Part shown: in pieces, positions 24,701 to 37,589 of the stretch
Numbering within the stretch: position 1 is the first letter of the stretch
Layout of the letters: each line of letters begins with the position of its first letter
Assembly: GCA_008632985.1 (NCBI GenBank)
Contig: QPGO01000027.1
Coordinates: 496,001-560,000, forward strand
DNA from: Psammoneis japonica
Lineage: Eukaryota
Direction: 5' to 3'
Length of the DNA stretch: 64,000 nucleotides
Position numbers and translations under genes: made by a program
Notes under the pieces: model-generated
Seen by the model: only the letters and a program-made list of their open reading frames with translations
Database searches by the model: none
Told to the model about the DNA's origin: nothing

Positions 24701-26032
24701 ATTGTTTATTGCTGGCCCCCCTGGTACAGGTAAGAACTGCTGTAGTGTCGCGACTGAAACGTAGTCCGTCCCTAAAATATTCTTTTTCCTTCGATCCGAG
24801 CAGGAAAGACAGCCTCTGTTAAGTCCGCCGTGGAAAGGCTTCGCCATGAGCAGGCAAATGGCGATATTCCAGAGTTCCACTTCGTATATCTCAATGGAAT
24901 GGAAATGCGCCATCCTTTTGAAACGTATGTGAAACTCTGGGAAGCAATAAGTGACCCTGCTAGGGATAAAAACTGTGCCACAAAGAAAGACAAGCGCACC
25001 CCTGGGAATGCTGCGCATCTGCTAGAGAGGTGGTTTACCCAGAGTAGGCCCACGGATAGTGAATTCCAACACTACCCCGTCACTGTTCTTCTTTTGGACG
25101 AGATCGACTATCTCTTGACCCGAAAGCAGACTGTTTTGTATAATTTGTTTGATTGGCCCGTCAGAACTGCAACGCGCCAAGATGGACCACGTTTGGTGGT
25201 TGTGGGAATTTCGAATACGCTTAACTTGCCTGATAGACTGAAGCCAAGCGTACGGTCGAGGCTGGGAGGAGAGAGATGCGATTTCTCTAGCTACAAAGTT
25301 GATGAAATGGTGCAAATACTTAAAATGAAGATCGCCCCCAATGATGTCGGTGGCTCTCGGGCGACTCCTGTCTTCGACGATGATGCAATTATGTTTGCTG
25401 CACGCAAAACGGGAGCCCTTTCTGGGGATGTGCGAAAAGCACTTCAAATGTGTAAGTCTGCCGCTGAAAATGTTCTGGCTGAACTCGAAGATAAGGAACA
25501 AGAAGGCACTCGGAGAATGGTGGTTAGTATCCGGGACGTTCAGAACGTCAGCCGCCAGTCATTTAGCTCTATTTTGTCAAAAGCAGTCTCAATGTCTACA
25601 CCATTCGAAGCTCTGCTCCTGGTTGCACTCGCTTCGCTGAGTATGGCGTCAGGAAAGGAGAAAGGAGAATTTGACATCAAGGAAGTGATGACGAAAATGG
25701 AGAGCGCTGCAGCAAGAAGTGGCGACCTTCAGTACATGCCACCACCGACGTTTGACGAAACTCTGGACATGTTGACCAACTTGGGAGAGGTGAGCAAATG
25801 ACTACCTTTTTCTTGCGTTCATCTAGTTTGCTTGAAAGCATGCTCACTTCCTTGATGTGTTTGCGATATGATTTAGGGACAACTTATCTCACTACGTACT
25901 CCAAAGAACTCCAATAGTCCTTGGCCGTTGATTTCACTGCCAATGGAAAGCACCACTGTGTTGAGTGCGTTGAGCGACTCGCCGCATAAGCAACTAGCAG
26001 AAAAAATCCTTGGCACTCTACGGCCTTGGTAG
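18777..26032 (+). CDS. ORC1: Origin recognition complex subunit 1 with four BAH-like domains
   Basis: GPPGTGKT (across intron ~24730-24802), LLLDEIDYL, VVGISNT, SGDVRKAL, C-terminal winged-helix region, second intron 25790-25876. BAH-like GD...W....V..I...RW.YR motifs occur four times. Confidence 0.88.
21291..23540 (+). repeat. Intragenic tandem duplication, period ~1167 bp
   Basis: DRPLVNFGAQTDDDD (21291) vs DRPFVHFGSQIDDDD (22458); identical gtgggagatattgtttgtgttgagtgcgccgaagctggtgaccaggcgga in both copies. Confidence 0.95.
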
Positions 26033-26204
26033 TTGTCGGTGCAGTAGTAGAACTTTAGTATAAAATCTTTGTGTTTTATCTCACTCTTGTAGAGAGTGCA
26101 TTGCACGACTCGAAGCAATCAACTAGCTAGCAGATACAATCCTTGTGACTCTACGAGTTAGGTAGTTATACAAAATCTTTTCTAGTGTGTTTCATGTATC
26201 TAGA

Positions 26205-27419
26205 CTACGAACTCTGTGATCCGAGTTCAACAACAAAGGGAATTCGTAGAGAAAGTTTGTTTGCTTCTGTCAGAGGCGCTTCTGGGAGAGACTCGTTTGG
26301 ATGTGTCTCAGCGTACCATCTCACCGTACGCTTGATCCCTTCCTCGAAACTCACGGACGATTTGTAGCCAAGCATCTCATGTGCCTTGGTTACATCCGCG
26401 CACGTATACGGCACATCACCCGGCTGATCCGGCAGTACCTTAATGTTTGCCTTCTTTCCAACGTATTTCTGAACAAGGCCGATAAATTCTTTGAGCGAGG
26501 TTCCAGATCCCTTTCCAAGATTAAAGATTTCATATTTGTGTCTCCGATCAATCGATCGCACAACGCCATCAACAATATCTGAGATGTAGGTGTAGTCACG
26601 TGACGACGACCCGTCACCAAATTGTTGCAATTCAAGTCCACGGCTAACTCTATCAATGAACTTGAAAGGCGCCATGTCAGGTCTGCCACGAGGTCCATAC
26701 ACAGTGAAGAATCGAAGACCGGTGACATTCAGCTTGTAGAGGTGATGGTAGGTATAAGCAAGAAGCTCGCATGCCTTTTTGCTGGCGGCGTACGGAGACA
26801 CTGGATGGTCGACATTCTCATCCTCGGAAAAGAACGTAGACTTGGATCCGCCGTAGACCGAGGAGGAGGATGCAAAGACAAAATTTTCAATGCCGTACTT
26901 GTGAGAGAGCTCCATCAGCCTCGTTGTCCCTTCGATATTTGAGTGGATGTATACATATGGATCAGCGATAGAGGGCCGGACACCAGCACGGGCTGCCATG
27001 TGGCAAACCCACTTGGGGCGCGTCGTCTCGAAAACGTCAGTAATAAAGGCTTCATCACAAATATCTCCACGGAAGATTGTGACTCTCTCTGGCCCGTACT
27101 TGTCAAGTAGGAGGGACAAGTTTGCTTCCTTGAGGTCGGTGTCGTAGTAATCGTTCATTTCATCAACAATTACGACATCGTCGCCTCGTTCCAAAAGGTG
27201 CTCAGCGACGTGGCTTCCGATAAAGCCTGCTCCTCCGGTCACAAGGACTTTCTTGTAGCCAACATGAGGCTTAACCTGCAACAAAGAATCATCGGTCTCC
27301 GCGTCCCATGACGACGTAGTGGAGATGGAAGAAGAGTCGGAATCAGTAGTAGCAGGTGTCGCGATGGACGTCAAACTGAGTTCGCTCATGGGCTTGGTGA
27401 TGCTTGGTGAGTTGAACAT
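26205..27419 (-). CDS. GAE: UDP-glucuronate 4-epimerase (extended SDR)
   Basis: VLVTGGAGFIGSH, HMAARAGVR, ASSSSVYG, YAASK, RFFTVYGPRGRPDMAP, RDYTY. Confidence 0.9.
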   Translation of the reverse strand: MFNSPSITKPMSELSLTSIATPATTDSDSSSISTTSSWDAETDDSLLQVKPHVGYKKVLVTGGAGFIGSHVAEHLLERGDDVVIVDEMNDYYDTDLKEANLSLLLDKYGPERVTIFRGDICDEAFITDVFETTRPKWVCHMAARAGVRPSIADPYVYIHSNIEGTTRLMELSHKYGIENFVFASSSSVYGGSKSTFFSEDENVDHPVSPYAASKKACELLAYTYHHLYKLNVTGLRFFTVYGPRGRPDMAPFKFIDRVSRGLELQQFGDGSSSRDYTYISDIVDGVVRSIDRRHKYEIFNLGKGSGTSLKEFIGLVQKYVGKKANIKVLPDQPGDVPYTCADVTKAHEMLGYKSSVSFEEGIKRTVRWYAETHPNESLPEAPLTEANKLSLRIPFVVELGSQSS

Positions 27420-27539
27420 CTTGTTGTTGTTGAAAGGTGTTGGCTCAGCAAAGAGAAAATTGAAATTGTGAACCAAGAGAGAGAGTGACAAGATGTTTCG
27501 CGTGATCTCAAGAGTCAGCATTTTTGGCAATTTTTTCAT

Positions 27540-29640
27540 GTTCGTGGCCGGTTAAAGGAAAAGAGAAAAAAAGAGGGGAATCAACCGTTGAACACACACA
27601 CACAATTGACCATGCAACCATGGCCAGAGTTGCACTGGCTTCTTTTGATCCAGGGTGGTTGCTGCAGGTGCAAAGAGTGGGGCACATTGCAGTTGCAGGA
27701 GGGTGACAATGTGGCACTGAGTGTGTGCCACCAGGCTGAGCAGCCCAGCTTGGGCATCAGCCAAGCCCTGCCAGGCCAGCTGCCCTGGCTCCAGCTGCTC
27801 TTCCCAGTGTGCGTGAGTTGTTGAAGGAGCACCACATTGACTCAAAGGCTGTGTTTTAAGTGGGGCAGAGAGAAAAAACTGTTGTCTTGGCTGGTGCTTG
27901 CTTCAGACCCTGCATCATGAGCGCAAGCTCCTCTTGAGAAATGAGCGAGAATGGCCATTTTTGGCGCCTCTCTTTGGTTGCCCACTTGGCATTGCCAACA
28001 AATCTTGAACCAAACTTCACTCACAGTTTCTTCACTCTTCAACCACAAAACCAGGTTCAACTTTTTGTTGGCTTCTTTGTGGCTGGGGTCACTGTTGCAG
28101 GCACAAATGGTGGGCACATGCCATGTGGCTGCTTGGCAACAAGAGTGTGATGCCAAGCATGTGCTGCACACCAAGGAGCCAAGCAGCCCAGCCCAGCTTT
28201 GAATGGAGCCCCAGGACAGCAGCCAACTCTGGGTGATCTCAGCATGGTGTGCTTGTTTGGGCTGTGCTGCACTCACCCCACAGTGCTCTGTGTTGTGGTG
28301 GCTTGTTGTGCAAGCCGTGTGGCTGAAGAGCCAGCAGCCAGCCAGGGCCCATCTTGCAAAGGCCACAAATGTTGACCCTGTGCAAAGCTGTGTGAGGGGG
28401 CAGGCACAGGGATTTGCAATGATGGCTTCACAGCCATTGGCCCCAAGTTGGCATTTGATTGGGATCCAGTGCTGAGGGGCTGTGAAGTGTGGGGTTGGGA
28501 GCCCAGCCAGCTCGCACTCTCTTTGTTGTCACAAAGTGCTGCCACAGCTGTCTTTGCATTGCAGCCAGCCAGGTGCGGTTGACCCCAAGTTGGCACTTGA
28601 TTTGGAGTGACTGCCAAGGAGCTGTGAAGTGTGGGGTTGGGCAGTCCAGCCAGCTCACACTCTTTGCTGACAGCAGAAAGCACTGTCGCAGCTGTCCTTG
28701 CGCACACATGGCCAGAGCAGCCTTGGCACATCCTGCTGACAAAACTGACAAAGACAGCGACTCTTGTGGTTGAGCCACTCAGCACGCAGGAGATCTGGGC
28801 ACACTCCTGGGAAGTCAAACAGGAAGGAGGGCTGAGCATTGCCGCCAGTGCCAGGCACAAATGTCAGCTTGTCTTGAGAGAGATTCGAGCCCACACAGCC
28901 CCGCGTTGGGCATCTTTGCTGGCAAAATGGAAAGCATTCTTGAGCACATTCTGGCATGTGGGCAGCACTGTCACCAAGAGGGCTGCTCTGCAGAGGAAGA
29001 GGGAAATGGGCAACAACATTTTGCAAGAACTGTTTTGTGTCAATGGTCGGGTGGGATGTGGCAGCATCATCTGGACTTTGATGGAGCATTTGGCGGACAA
29101 AGCTTGAGCACAGAGAGTTGTCCACGCAAGCTCCACAAGTGGCACTTTCCAAAGGTGACACCACACATGGGCCATGTGTTCATGCATCAACATGCCTCAA
29201 GCTGCAAGTCACACAAAAAAACCACCACCAACCTTTCAGCCAACCACCATCATGGACAGAACAGGTCAAGAGGTTCAAAACAAGAGCGATTCATTGACTC
29301 TCTTCTGGTTCCATGCATTCAAGAGCTTCTTGTCCTTCTCAAATGTTTGTTGTGCATTGTTGTCTCTTTTAATTCAAGTGCAAAGAGGAGTCACTTTTCT
29401 TGTTTCCATCTCTTGAGATGTTGTTGGTTGTTGAGTGATGCAACTTTTGTTGTCACATTTTTGGAAATGTTGGCAAACCCGATCACTGCTTGATTGTCAA
29501 CCCATTTGCTGTTTTAAGTCTCCATGGCATAAAATGCCATAATTCCAGAGCCCTCAATTGTTTCATCAAACGCAGTGCTTTGAAACACGTCCAACATCAA
29601 CTCGACTCAGTTGAAATCCCAGTTTGTGGGCGATGAAAAA
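27540..29640. other. TpA/CpG-depleted hypermutated island (decayed repeat or gene)
   Basis: Only a handful of TA dinucleotides in ~2 kb, few CG, strong TG/CA excess. Internal ~142-bp-period direct repeat (ccccaagttggca at 28441 and 28583). Confidence 0.85.
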
Positions 29641-29946
29641 TCACGAATGTCAAACAAATGGCTACTTTCGACATCAAGATCCCCGAGTTCAATCCAAATG
29701 TGACGGTACGCCTCACAGCTTATGGCCATGACACATACAAGCATGCCTCATTGTCATCGCGTCGAGCACTCGTATCGAAAATGCCGATAGATCAAAGTTC
29801 AGGAAAAGGATGGAATACAAATTCATTTGTGAATTCATTAGTGGCATTGGCGTAATGATATTTACGGCAGAAGCAATCTAAAATCCTTATTCATCATTGA
29901 CATTTCTGTATTGCTCAGATTTTGAAATCTGACCACTACCGTTAAG

Positions 29947-30079
29947 CATTTAGCTGTCTTTGTATGGAAGTGGAAATGACACTTAACGATTTACACTAAC
30001 CATTTAGCTTTCTTTGTGTCGAAGTGGAAATGACACTTAACGATTTACACTAACCATTTAGCTTACTTTGGCTCGAAGT
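29947..30079 (+). repeat. 54-bp tandem repeat, ~2.5 copies
   Basis: catttagct...gaagtggaaatgacacttaacgatttacactaac starting at 29947, 30001 and 30055 (partial). Confidence 0.9.
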
Positions 30080-30758
30080 CAGACAAAGAGATTGGGCTAT
30101 GGGCTTGTCGTTAACCAGCCACGAGCATGAAATCTTTACCGCATTTTTGGCGTGGCTTCCAGCGAAGTCGCATTGTCAGCATCTCTTTGCTGGCGAAACA
30201 GGGTGAAGTGCACAGTGCGGTGGGTGCACACGGTGCACAGGCAATTTTCTGATGAGTCATGAAACGCCAGCACACGTCATTTGTTTCGTGTCTCCAGTCA
30301 TGCCACACGTCGGAATTTCAGTGCCGGTCGGCTATGGCTGATAACCTGACAGCGTTGCGGTCTGATTGACACGTGAAAATCCACGTACGGAATGTAGGAG
30401 TCAGTCGTGCTTTGAGATAATGACGCGACGCAAGACGATGACTCGACACCGCACCTACCGGTACCATGCTCCGGGCTTCGATGAAGTTCTTAGCCGTACC
30501 ACCGACCTGGAACAACTGACGCAGGTGCGATGGTCCTCACAGGAGGAAGGAGGCGGGGAGACGTGGATCGACAGAAAACTAGGGTACATGTAGAGTGAAG
30601 AGCATGTAAGCCTCTATCTAGAGTAGAACTAGCTAAAGGGACTGGTGCCGGCAGTCTGCTTTGATGGTTCGTTCAGCGCACGTCTTGAGGGCATTGCGTG
30701 GTCTTGCGCAGATCTCAAACGACGGTAGCTGTCGTCCATTCACAGAAATGCTGGATTT

Positions 30759-33700
30759 TCAGGCGAGCATAACCTTCCATTGAGGCATATCATCGTAGTA
30801 GTAAGAAAGATCCAGTTTGCTTTCTTCATGAGCAGCCCCAAGATTCAGCTCCTCAACCCGTTTTACAAGCTTGCTGACGCCGTATGGATCTGATGAATCT
30901 ACCGGTTCATCTCGATTGTAATCCTGGTTGCCTTGTGCTCCGTCAGGCCCGATGATTCCATCATTTCGTTCAATATGCTCAATAAGTGCTGTCCAATAGG
31001 AGCCACTCGCCTTGAGATACTTTGCGTGTCCCACAACGATACATAAGGCGTGGGCTCTGGTTATCGCAACATTGAATCGCCGAGGATCGTGCATAAACCC
31101 GAGCTTGTTTCCTTCGACTTCGCTGCTGTCATCATTTCCACGACTCCATCGTTTGTGCTCTTGAGTCAAAACAGTACTGATCAACACAATGCTGAACTCT
31201 TGACCCTGAAAATCTTCGACAACGCCAACGTTGATGCTACCAAGCCCGACGTGGCGAAGTCTCGCGCGAAGCGTCAACACCTGTGCACGGAATGGAGTAA
31301 TGACACAGATTTCTTGGGTATTGATGCATTCATTCTCACTGAGCTTCTTGCTCTTTAGGAGGCCCTGAATAATCAAGACGGCTGCGTTGGATTCTTCCAA
31401 GTTGAAAAATGAAGGGGTGTCAAGCTTGCTTTGCTCCTCTCCCTTCCAGACATCGCACAAGAGTAAAGGAAAGCGTGCAGGACCCAAATTGCCCCAATCC
31501 GCATAAGGGTTTGCAACCTCGTCGCTAGCGAGACATTGCAACGTCCCGTTATAGAAAAGATTTGATGGCACAGTTAAAAGCGCATTGTGGGATCGATAAT
31601 TACCAACCAATGTCGTCATTACTCGGTATTTATCCGAGCGATAGATTGGTAGCTGCATTAGCCGATCCTGTACAGAAATGCCCAATCCCAGCTTTGCTGC
31701 TTCTGGATCACGAATTGTCGGACCAAGCTGCCGCGTGTCACCCGCAAGAATTATGGAACACGAATTTCCAACCTAACCGAGAAATAGTAAACAAAATTGG
31801 AATAATCAGTCAGCAATGTAGAACGGGAACATTACATTTCATGCAATAAGAAAACCGCAGAACACATAAGTGTCGTACTTTCAACAGCGGGATCAAGGCT
31901 TCACATTCCATCGCTTGACTACACTCGTCAACGAAAACGTGAGTAAAATGCTTCTCCATCCACGGCACAAGGCCATCGCTTTCTAAGCAACCAGCGACAA
32001 AACATTGGCACACCACTATGCTTGCAGAACAAATCTGACTCTTCGTAGGAATGATGAATGTCCCATTTTTGCTCATCGGCGTACAACGCAAAAGATTCGC
32101 AGGAAGCGACTCCGTTTTCCTGGACCACCAATTGACACGCATCAGGCTATGCGGCTTGGGTTCGCCGTCAAGAATCGGAAGAAGTCGAGTAGCCAGGACG
32201 TCACAGGCAGAATCAGATGGAGCACAAAGTAGAATCTTCGATTCTGGGTTTCTTCGGAGTAGTTGAATAATAGCTTCACACAGAGTAAGAGTCTTGCCAG
32301 TACCAGCAGGGCCATATAGAATATAAGGGGCTGCGCCATGACTTGAGTGAACAATATCAAAACAGGCAGTTGTCTGAGCAACATTTACTGGATGAACCCA
32401 ATCGGAGATCAGCTGTTGACTTGTAACAGGACGGTCTTCAACTTCTACAAAAGTGGGAGCGAGAACTCTATGCAACTGGAACATCTTGTGATCATTTCGC
32501 AGCTCTTTATGAAAAGGAACTGTCGATTGAAGGACTTTTCGAGCAATCTTGAACCCATCGCCACCTAAGAATCCAAAGCGCAAGTCAAACCTGTCGCAGT
32601 TTTGATATTGACCGACATTCTTACAAAAGACAAAATCAGGAACACGTAATCGCCACTCATCTTCCGTGCATAGAAATGCTTGAAGATAGGGAAATGCCGC
32701 CTCGTGCATGTTTCCGTGCAAGAAAGGCGGTGGCATGGCAATCGAGACATTTTCGGTCTTGACGATGACATCAACAACTTCTCCAATGACTTCCGTGGTA
32801 CCTACTCCTGAGAATCGAAAACGTACCAAATCCCCAACAGACACAAGAGGGAAGTTGTCTGCAACACCAGGCACATTTATTCTAACCACGATACGGTCCT
32901 CTAGAGGAGCAAATACAAGAACATTTGAGCACGTCACATTCTCGACGCACGCAGTGGTAAATGCTAGTGTTGTCGCTCACCTTGGCGCAAAAGACGAAGC
33001 CATTCAAAGAGTTTTTCTAGACCTTGTTTCGATGAGCGTCGCACCGTCTTTCGTTCCGCTCGCATCCGGTGAAACGCACATAGAAACTCACCGCTGGGAC
33101 AACCACACTCACAACAGGAGGGATGAGGTGTCCTAGGCGGGGGGATCTCTACATGTTGCCACCGAATAGAGTACATGTCATGTTGTTTCATATCTTCCAT
33201 GCACCTAAGGCGCTCCATCTCTGCCGCGACGAGTATCCTAGCAACGTAACCAACTATACAATCATGCATGTTTGTGGAGAATTTGGCTTTTTTCGCTTTT
33301 TCAAAACTTGTCTCTTCGTCAATCTCTCTGCACATCAATTCCAGTTTCATGACATTGGAGATACGAGAACTGGAAGTGTCTACGGAGGTGTTTTGATGGG
33401 GCATCGAATCAAAAGATAGCCTTCTTCTGCATTCGGAGACAACTTCCGATCTATTCTCCAGCAATTTCCTTTGTATGCTTCCAACAAACGCCCGAAAAGA
33501 GTAGTGCATATAGTTATGAATAATGAAGTGGTTGGAATAGACATCTGGTCCCATGTACAAAATGGCGTTTGCCAGGCACACATCATATCGGCATCTAAAG
33601 GTCACGACAACGGCACCATTCTTGAGACAAGCCACTACATGAAAACGACAAAAAAGGGATTCTCCCTTACCTCCTACGTTCTGGCTGCAACAGCCATTGA

Positions 33701-35205
33701 GACAACTCGACAGGAAGATGTGGATGAGGCGAAATCGAGATGAGTGCATGCGGCAGATCATCCCACTGCACCTTCTTCGCGTATGGGACGAACCGATTTG
33801 CGTTTATAAGGGCCAATCTAAGAAGCTGTTTAGATTTCGTTTCGTTGTCAAGTGCGTTGTCGTCGTCGTCGTCCTCGCTGAAACCATACTTTCTTCCAAT
33901 GAAGAACTGTTTGTAAGAAACGAAGCTTGAAAACGGATCCCGAGCGCCACCCCTTGCACAAACGTGCAAGGAGCTGAACTTAAACACTAGGACATCCGTC
34001 GAGTGGTTTGTCTGCGCGGGCAGAGTCTGAAACAACTCTTCATCTTTGGTAACAACAACGAGAAAACCATTACTCACAGAAACGGGAAGTGGTGCCGAGA
34101 CTACGGCCGTTAAGGCTTGCCTCGTAGCTTCGTATGACGGTGCATCATTCGACCTGAACATCTCAATGAACTCTGAACATGAGACGATCTTTACTGTGAG
34201 AGGGATTGGTGATTCATTCTTCACCGCCGTCACAAAGTCAAAATCATCGAGTCGAACTTGATTTTGGCCAATGGTGTTTACTTCAATGAGATAAAAGGGA
34301 GATTCTTGATTGCCTGTCACTCCATCTTCTTCATGCAAATCCTCGTATCCGACTGGCGTATACTCGTAACCAGCTTGTTTCAAGGAGCTGAATGTCATTG
34401 TAGAATTATTCTGCGACTTCAAACATGACAAGCTAAAGGGTCGCGTCTTGGTAATTGCTTCACCATCTTTGTATGTCGACACCGCCTTCTCGAAAGACCG
34501 AAATGTATCTAAAGACAATTTGAAGGGAGCAGAGATATTCACTTTCTCGCGACCTTCACACAACGTTTCGGTCGTTCTCAACGGGTCGCCCTTTTGAAAG
34601 ACTGTTTCCAAGTCCTTCACCCACTGCGCCCTTGGCGCAAACTCCGGTTCTGAGTTCGTCGTGGAGCTACTTTTCGAGTCCATGTAGTTCTCCATCACAC
34701 GCACCACATGCTCATCACTCATTTTTGGTAGTGGAGGAGCGCCTGGAGAAGAAATCATGGTTTCCGGATTGGAAGTACCACCCGGGAAAAGTACTGGATG
34801 CGGTGAATTCATTTGCGGCATGTTTCGAGGAGGCATTGGCGACAGAAGGACATCAGGCGGAAAAGGACGCGGAGGCGGAGGTGGTGGCGGAGGCGGAGGT
34901 ATTGGCGCCTGATTTGCGGGCGCTCCAGAAAAAGGAAGTTGTTGGGCGGACCACGGATTTTGAGGTGGAGGCGGCGGTGGCGGTGGTGGGATGCCCGGGG
35001 GAGGAGGAAGATTATTCATAGGATAGCCTTGCACGCTGTTTGCTATCGGGAGATTTGATTGCATCACAGAAGAATATAATGGCTGAACTTGTTGTCCAGA
35101 AGGAGGAGGAGGAGGCAAACGAGTGCGGGTTTGATGGCTAGCCCATGCTCCCGCATTGCCACCATGATAATCGCCGCTCCCGCGGTCTTGCTTGTATCCA
35201 TTCAT
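30759..35205 (-). CDS. MOV10/SDE3/Armitage-like SF1 RNA helicase with Pro-rich N-terminus
   Basis: YGPAGTGKT, APSDSACD, FTHVFVDECSQ, LAGDTRQLGP, NYRSH, ITPFRAQV, VEDFQGQE, RRFNVAITRA. Introns 31773-31878 and ~32901-32980, another likely near 33.5-33.8 kb. Confidence 0.8.
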
Positions 35206-35582
35206 TCCAATCTTCCATTCGCTACACTATAGACAAGTGACACGTAGCTGGTCAACCAAAGCCTTTCTACTACTAGAGGACGGAACCTATCACACTGCAT
35301 AAAGTGGAAGGTTGACGGTAGCAAGAGTGCAAGCGATCAACGACCATTGTGATCGTTGATAGTCGAATAGCGTGTCGAGCGAGGATGCCGAGACCAAAAT
35401 TCCAAAAAAGTTCGAAGATGACGCAAGGAGTTCTCATTCTTGCGTAGAAATGTCACGTGAGGCTGCTCATACCGACCGTTCGTCGCCTCTTGTGCGGTTC
35501 AGGTGGTCCGCGCGGTTCGCTTTTCTAAACCACAGGGCAATGACACCGGCCCATTTCAGCACCGTCAGTCACAATTTTAGCC

Positions 35583-36398
35583 ATGGGAAACGCGTGTCGA
35601 TCATCCCACAACGATGTAAGCCCTATTCGGAAGAATTCTGGGAAATCGAAAAGTTCTAGAGGAGCGCAAGAGCCGATCAATAATTCGTCGACATTAAGAC
35701 GCCAACACTTGACTAGACTCGCAACGTTTCAGATTTCGTCGTGCGAGACTCGACTGGTGATATTATCAGGCCCAATCGTAGAGTTTTCGTATCCACCTAA
35801 TCCTGACCGAGCTGCTATAGTAAACGCTACCAACAAACTTTGCTTGGGCGGAGGTGGCGTTGATGGCGCAATCAACAGGTCAGGGGGGCATTCGCTGAGG
35901 CAAGATCGTGCGGCTCTGCCTGTTCTTTCCGGAAGCATTCGCTGTCAAACAGGGGATGCAAAAGTGAATGGACCGGGTGACTATGGAAAACTACACGCGC
36001 CATTTGTAATCCACGCCGTTGGACCAAACTATGAAGAGTATTCCAATTTTGACGAGCCAGATCGACTGCTCGCAGCTGCGTACTGTACAAGTCTAGATTG
36101 TGCGCTGCAACAAGATATAGAAGGCGTCGCATTTTCTCTCATTTCTGCTGGAAACTATCGTGGTCGACGGAGTTTGGAAGATATCCTTCGTATCGCTGTC
36201 ACTACAATTTGCAATCATCTCAAAGAAAAGGAAGCCGAAGAGGACAATTGCATCGAGGATGTTTTCTTGTGTGCGTTTAGACCTGTAGAAGCCCAGATAC
36301 TAGTCAAACTTGCTCAAGAAATGGACCTGGAAAGAATAGAAGAGGAAAACGACAATCGAATCTATAATAATCCCACCGCGAAAGCGGAAAATCAGTAA
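35583..36398 (+). CDS. MacroD-type macrodomain protein (ADP-ribose hydrolase-like)
   Basis: AIVNATN..CLGGGGVDGAI, VIHAVGP, AFSLISAGNY. Confidence 0.88.
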   Translation: MGNACRSSHNDVSPIRKNSGKSKSSRGAQEPINNSSTLRRQHLTRLATFQISSCETRLVILSGPIVEFSYPPNPDRAAIVNATNKLCLGGGGVDGAINRSGGHSLRQDRAALPVLSGSIRCQTGDAKVNGPGDYGKLHAPFVIHAVGPNYEEYSNFDEPDRLLAAAYCTSLDCALQQDIEGVAFSLISAGNYRGRRSLEDILRIAVTTICNHLKEKEAEEDNCIEDVFLCAFRPVEAQILVKLAQEMDLERIEEENDNRIYNNPTAKAENQ

Positions 36399-36773
36399 AG
36401 AAGAAGTTCAATATCCCATCTCTGCTCTGATTTGTGTTCAATGTTCCTCTTGCACCCCCGTGAAAACGAGTATCATTTGGTACCAGATCATGCTCTACTA
36501 GAGATCCGCTCAAGCTGTAGCCGTTTCACCGGTTCGAGTTGATCTGTTCTCTGGCGTAATGGTGAAAGGCTGCAGCAACTCTCAGAAAATGGGATAGTTG
36601 TACACTCACAATCCTCTTGTCTACTAGGCCACCTTTTAATGTCACGGTTCTCCTAGGAAGTTGAACCTAAAAACATAAGGTATGTCATGCCGATACAAAT
36701 ACAATGGTGTTGCGATCGAAACAACTGCCTTCTCGAAAGCAAGTGGGCCACCCCTATTCAACTGTGTTTTGGA

Positions 36774-37432
36774 TTACACGTCACCACGATGAAAAGGTCC
36801 CGAAGGAAAAATCTTGTTCCAATCTGTTGAAGGCCCATGGTATTCCGTATCCATTAACTCGACATTCCCAATCGAATCAATCAGTGCATCAATTTTCTGA
36901 TACTTGTTGTCGCGCAACAAGTCTTCAAGATCTGATTCTGCTATTACTTTTTTCCGAGCAACCGGGGCGGCTGGAGGATTAAATGGGTGTACAGCATCAC
37001 GTTCTTCTTGCGAAAGATCGTTCTCAAAGATACGGCGTTGAATTGGTAAAAGTTTGTAGTCATGGTAAAGAGTGAGCACGGCTGGAGAAGGATAGCTGAC
37101 AATTCTCAAACCCTGATATGCTGGATGGTCCCCCGCAAGGCATGTAAAGCAGCATTTCGCTACCAAACGGCGTGTGTTGTAACCTTGATTGATTAAATAA
37201 CAACCCAAATGCTCGGCTCCTTTCTCGACACGTAGTGCATTCGGAAAGTAACCAAGTCAGGGAGAGGCGCTGGCATTGGACCACCCTTTTCATGGCACCA
37301 CGCTAAAGCCTTACGGCAATCCTTGCAACAGCATTCTAATCGATACAACGGTGGGGCCGCAAGCGATATTGCCACCTTGCTGCAGTTACACTTGAGCGAA
37401 GCGAATGCTGACCGTTGTGTAGGAGCAGACAT
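36774..37432 (-). CDS. GFA/CENP-V-like Cys-zinc protein
   Basis: CNCSKV...CCCKDCRK...WCHEKGG...YFPNAL...RRLVAKCCFT; 1-bp deletion ~37250; paralog at 60377-61000. Confidence 0.65.
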
Positions 37433-37589
37433 GAGAGTAAGTACAAAGATCAATGGGACAACAAGGCAACTATGGTCAGGTATCGAATGCTTTTCTGTCG
37501 GCTTACCGCCATTTTTTCTTTTCCTCACTTCCGACTTCATGATTTCATTGTCGGGCGACCATGCTCTGGGAGTGGTAGAACCTCTCTAT

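Noticed and set aside
28431..28670. Ankyrin repeats (TPHFTA...LGAN)
   Set aside because: Period is ~142 bp rather than 99 bp and similarity is weak.
27508..29493. Many overlapping 60-210 aa ORFs as genes
   Set aside because: By-product of TAA/TAG loss in TpA-depleted DNA; no domain recognised.
29947..30079. CRISPR-like array
   Set aside because: Contiguous 54-bp tandem units with no unique spacers, no cas genes, eukaryotic context.
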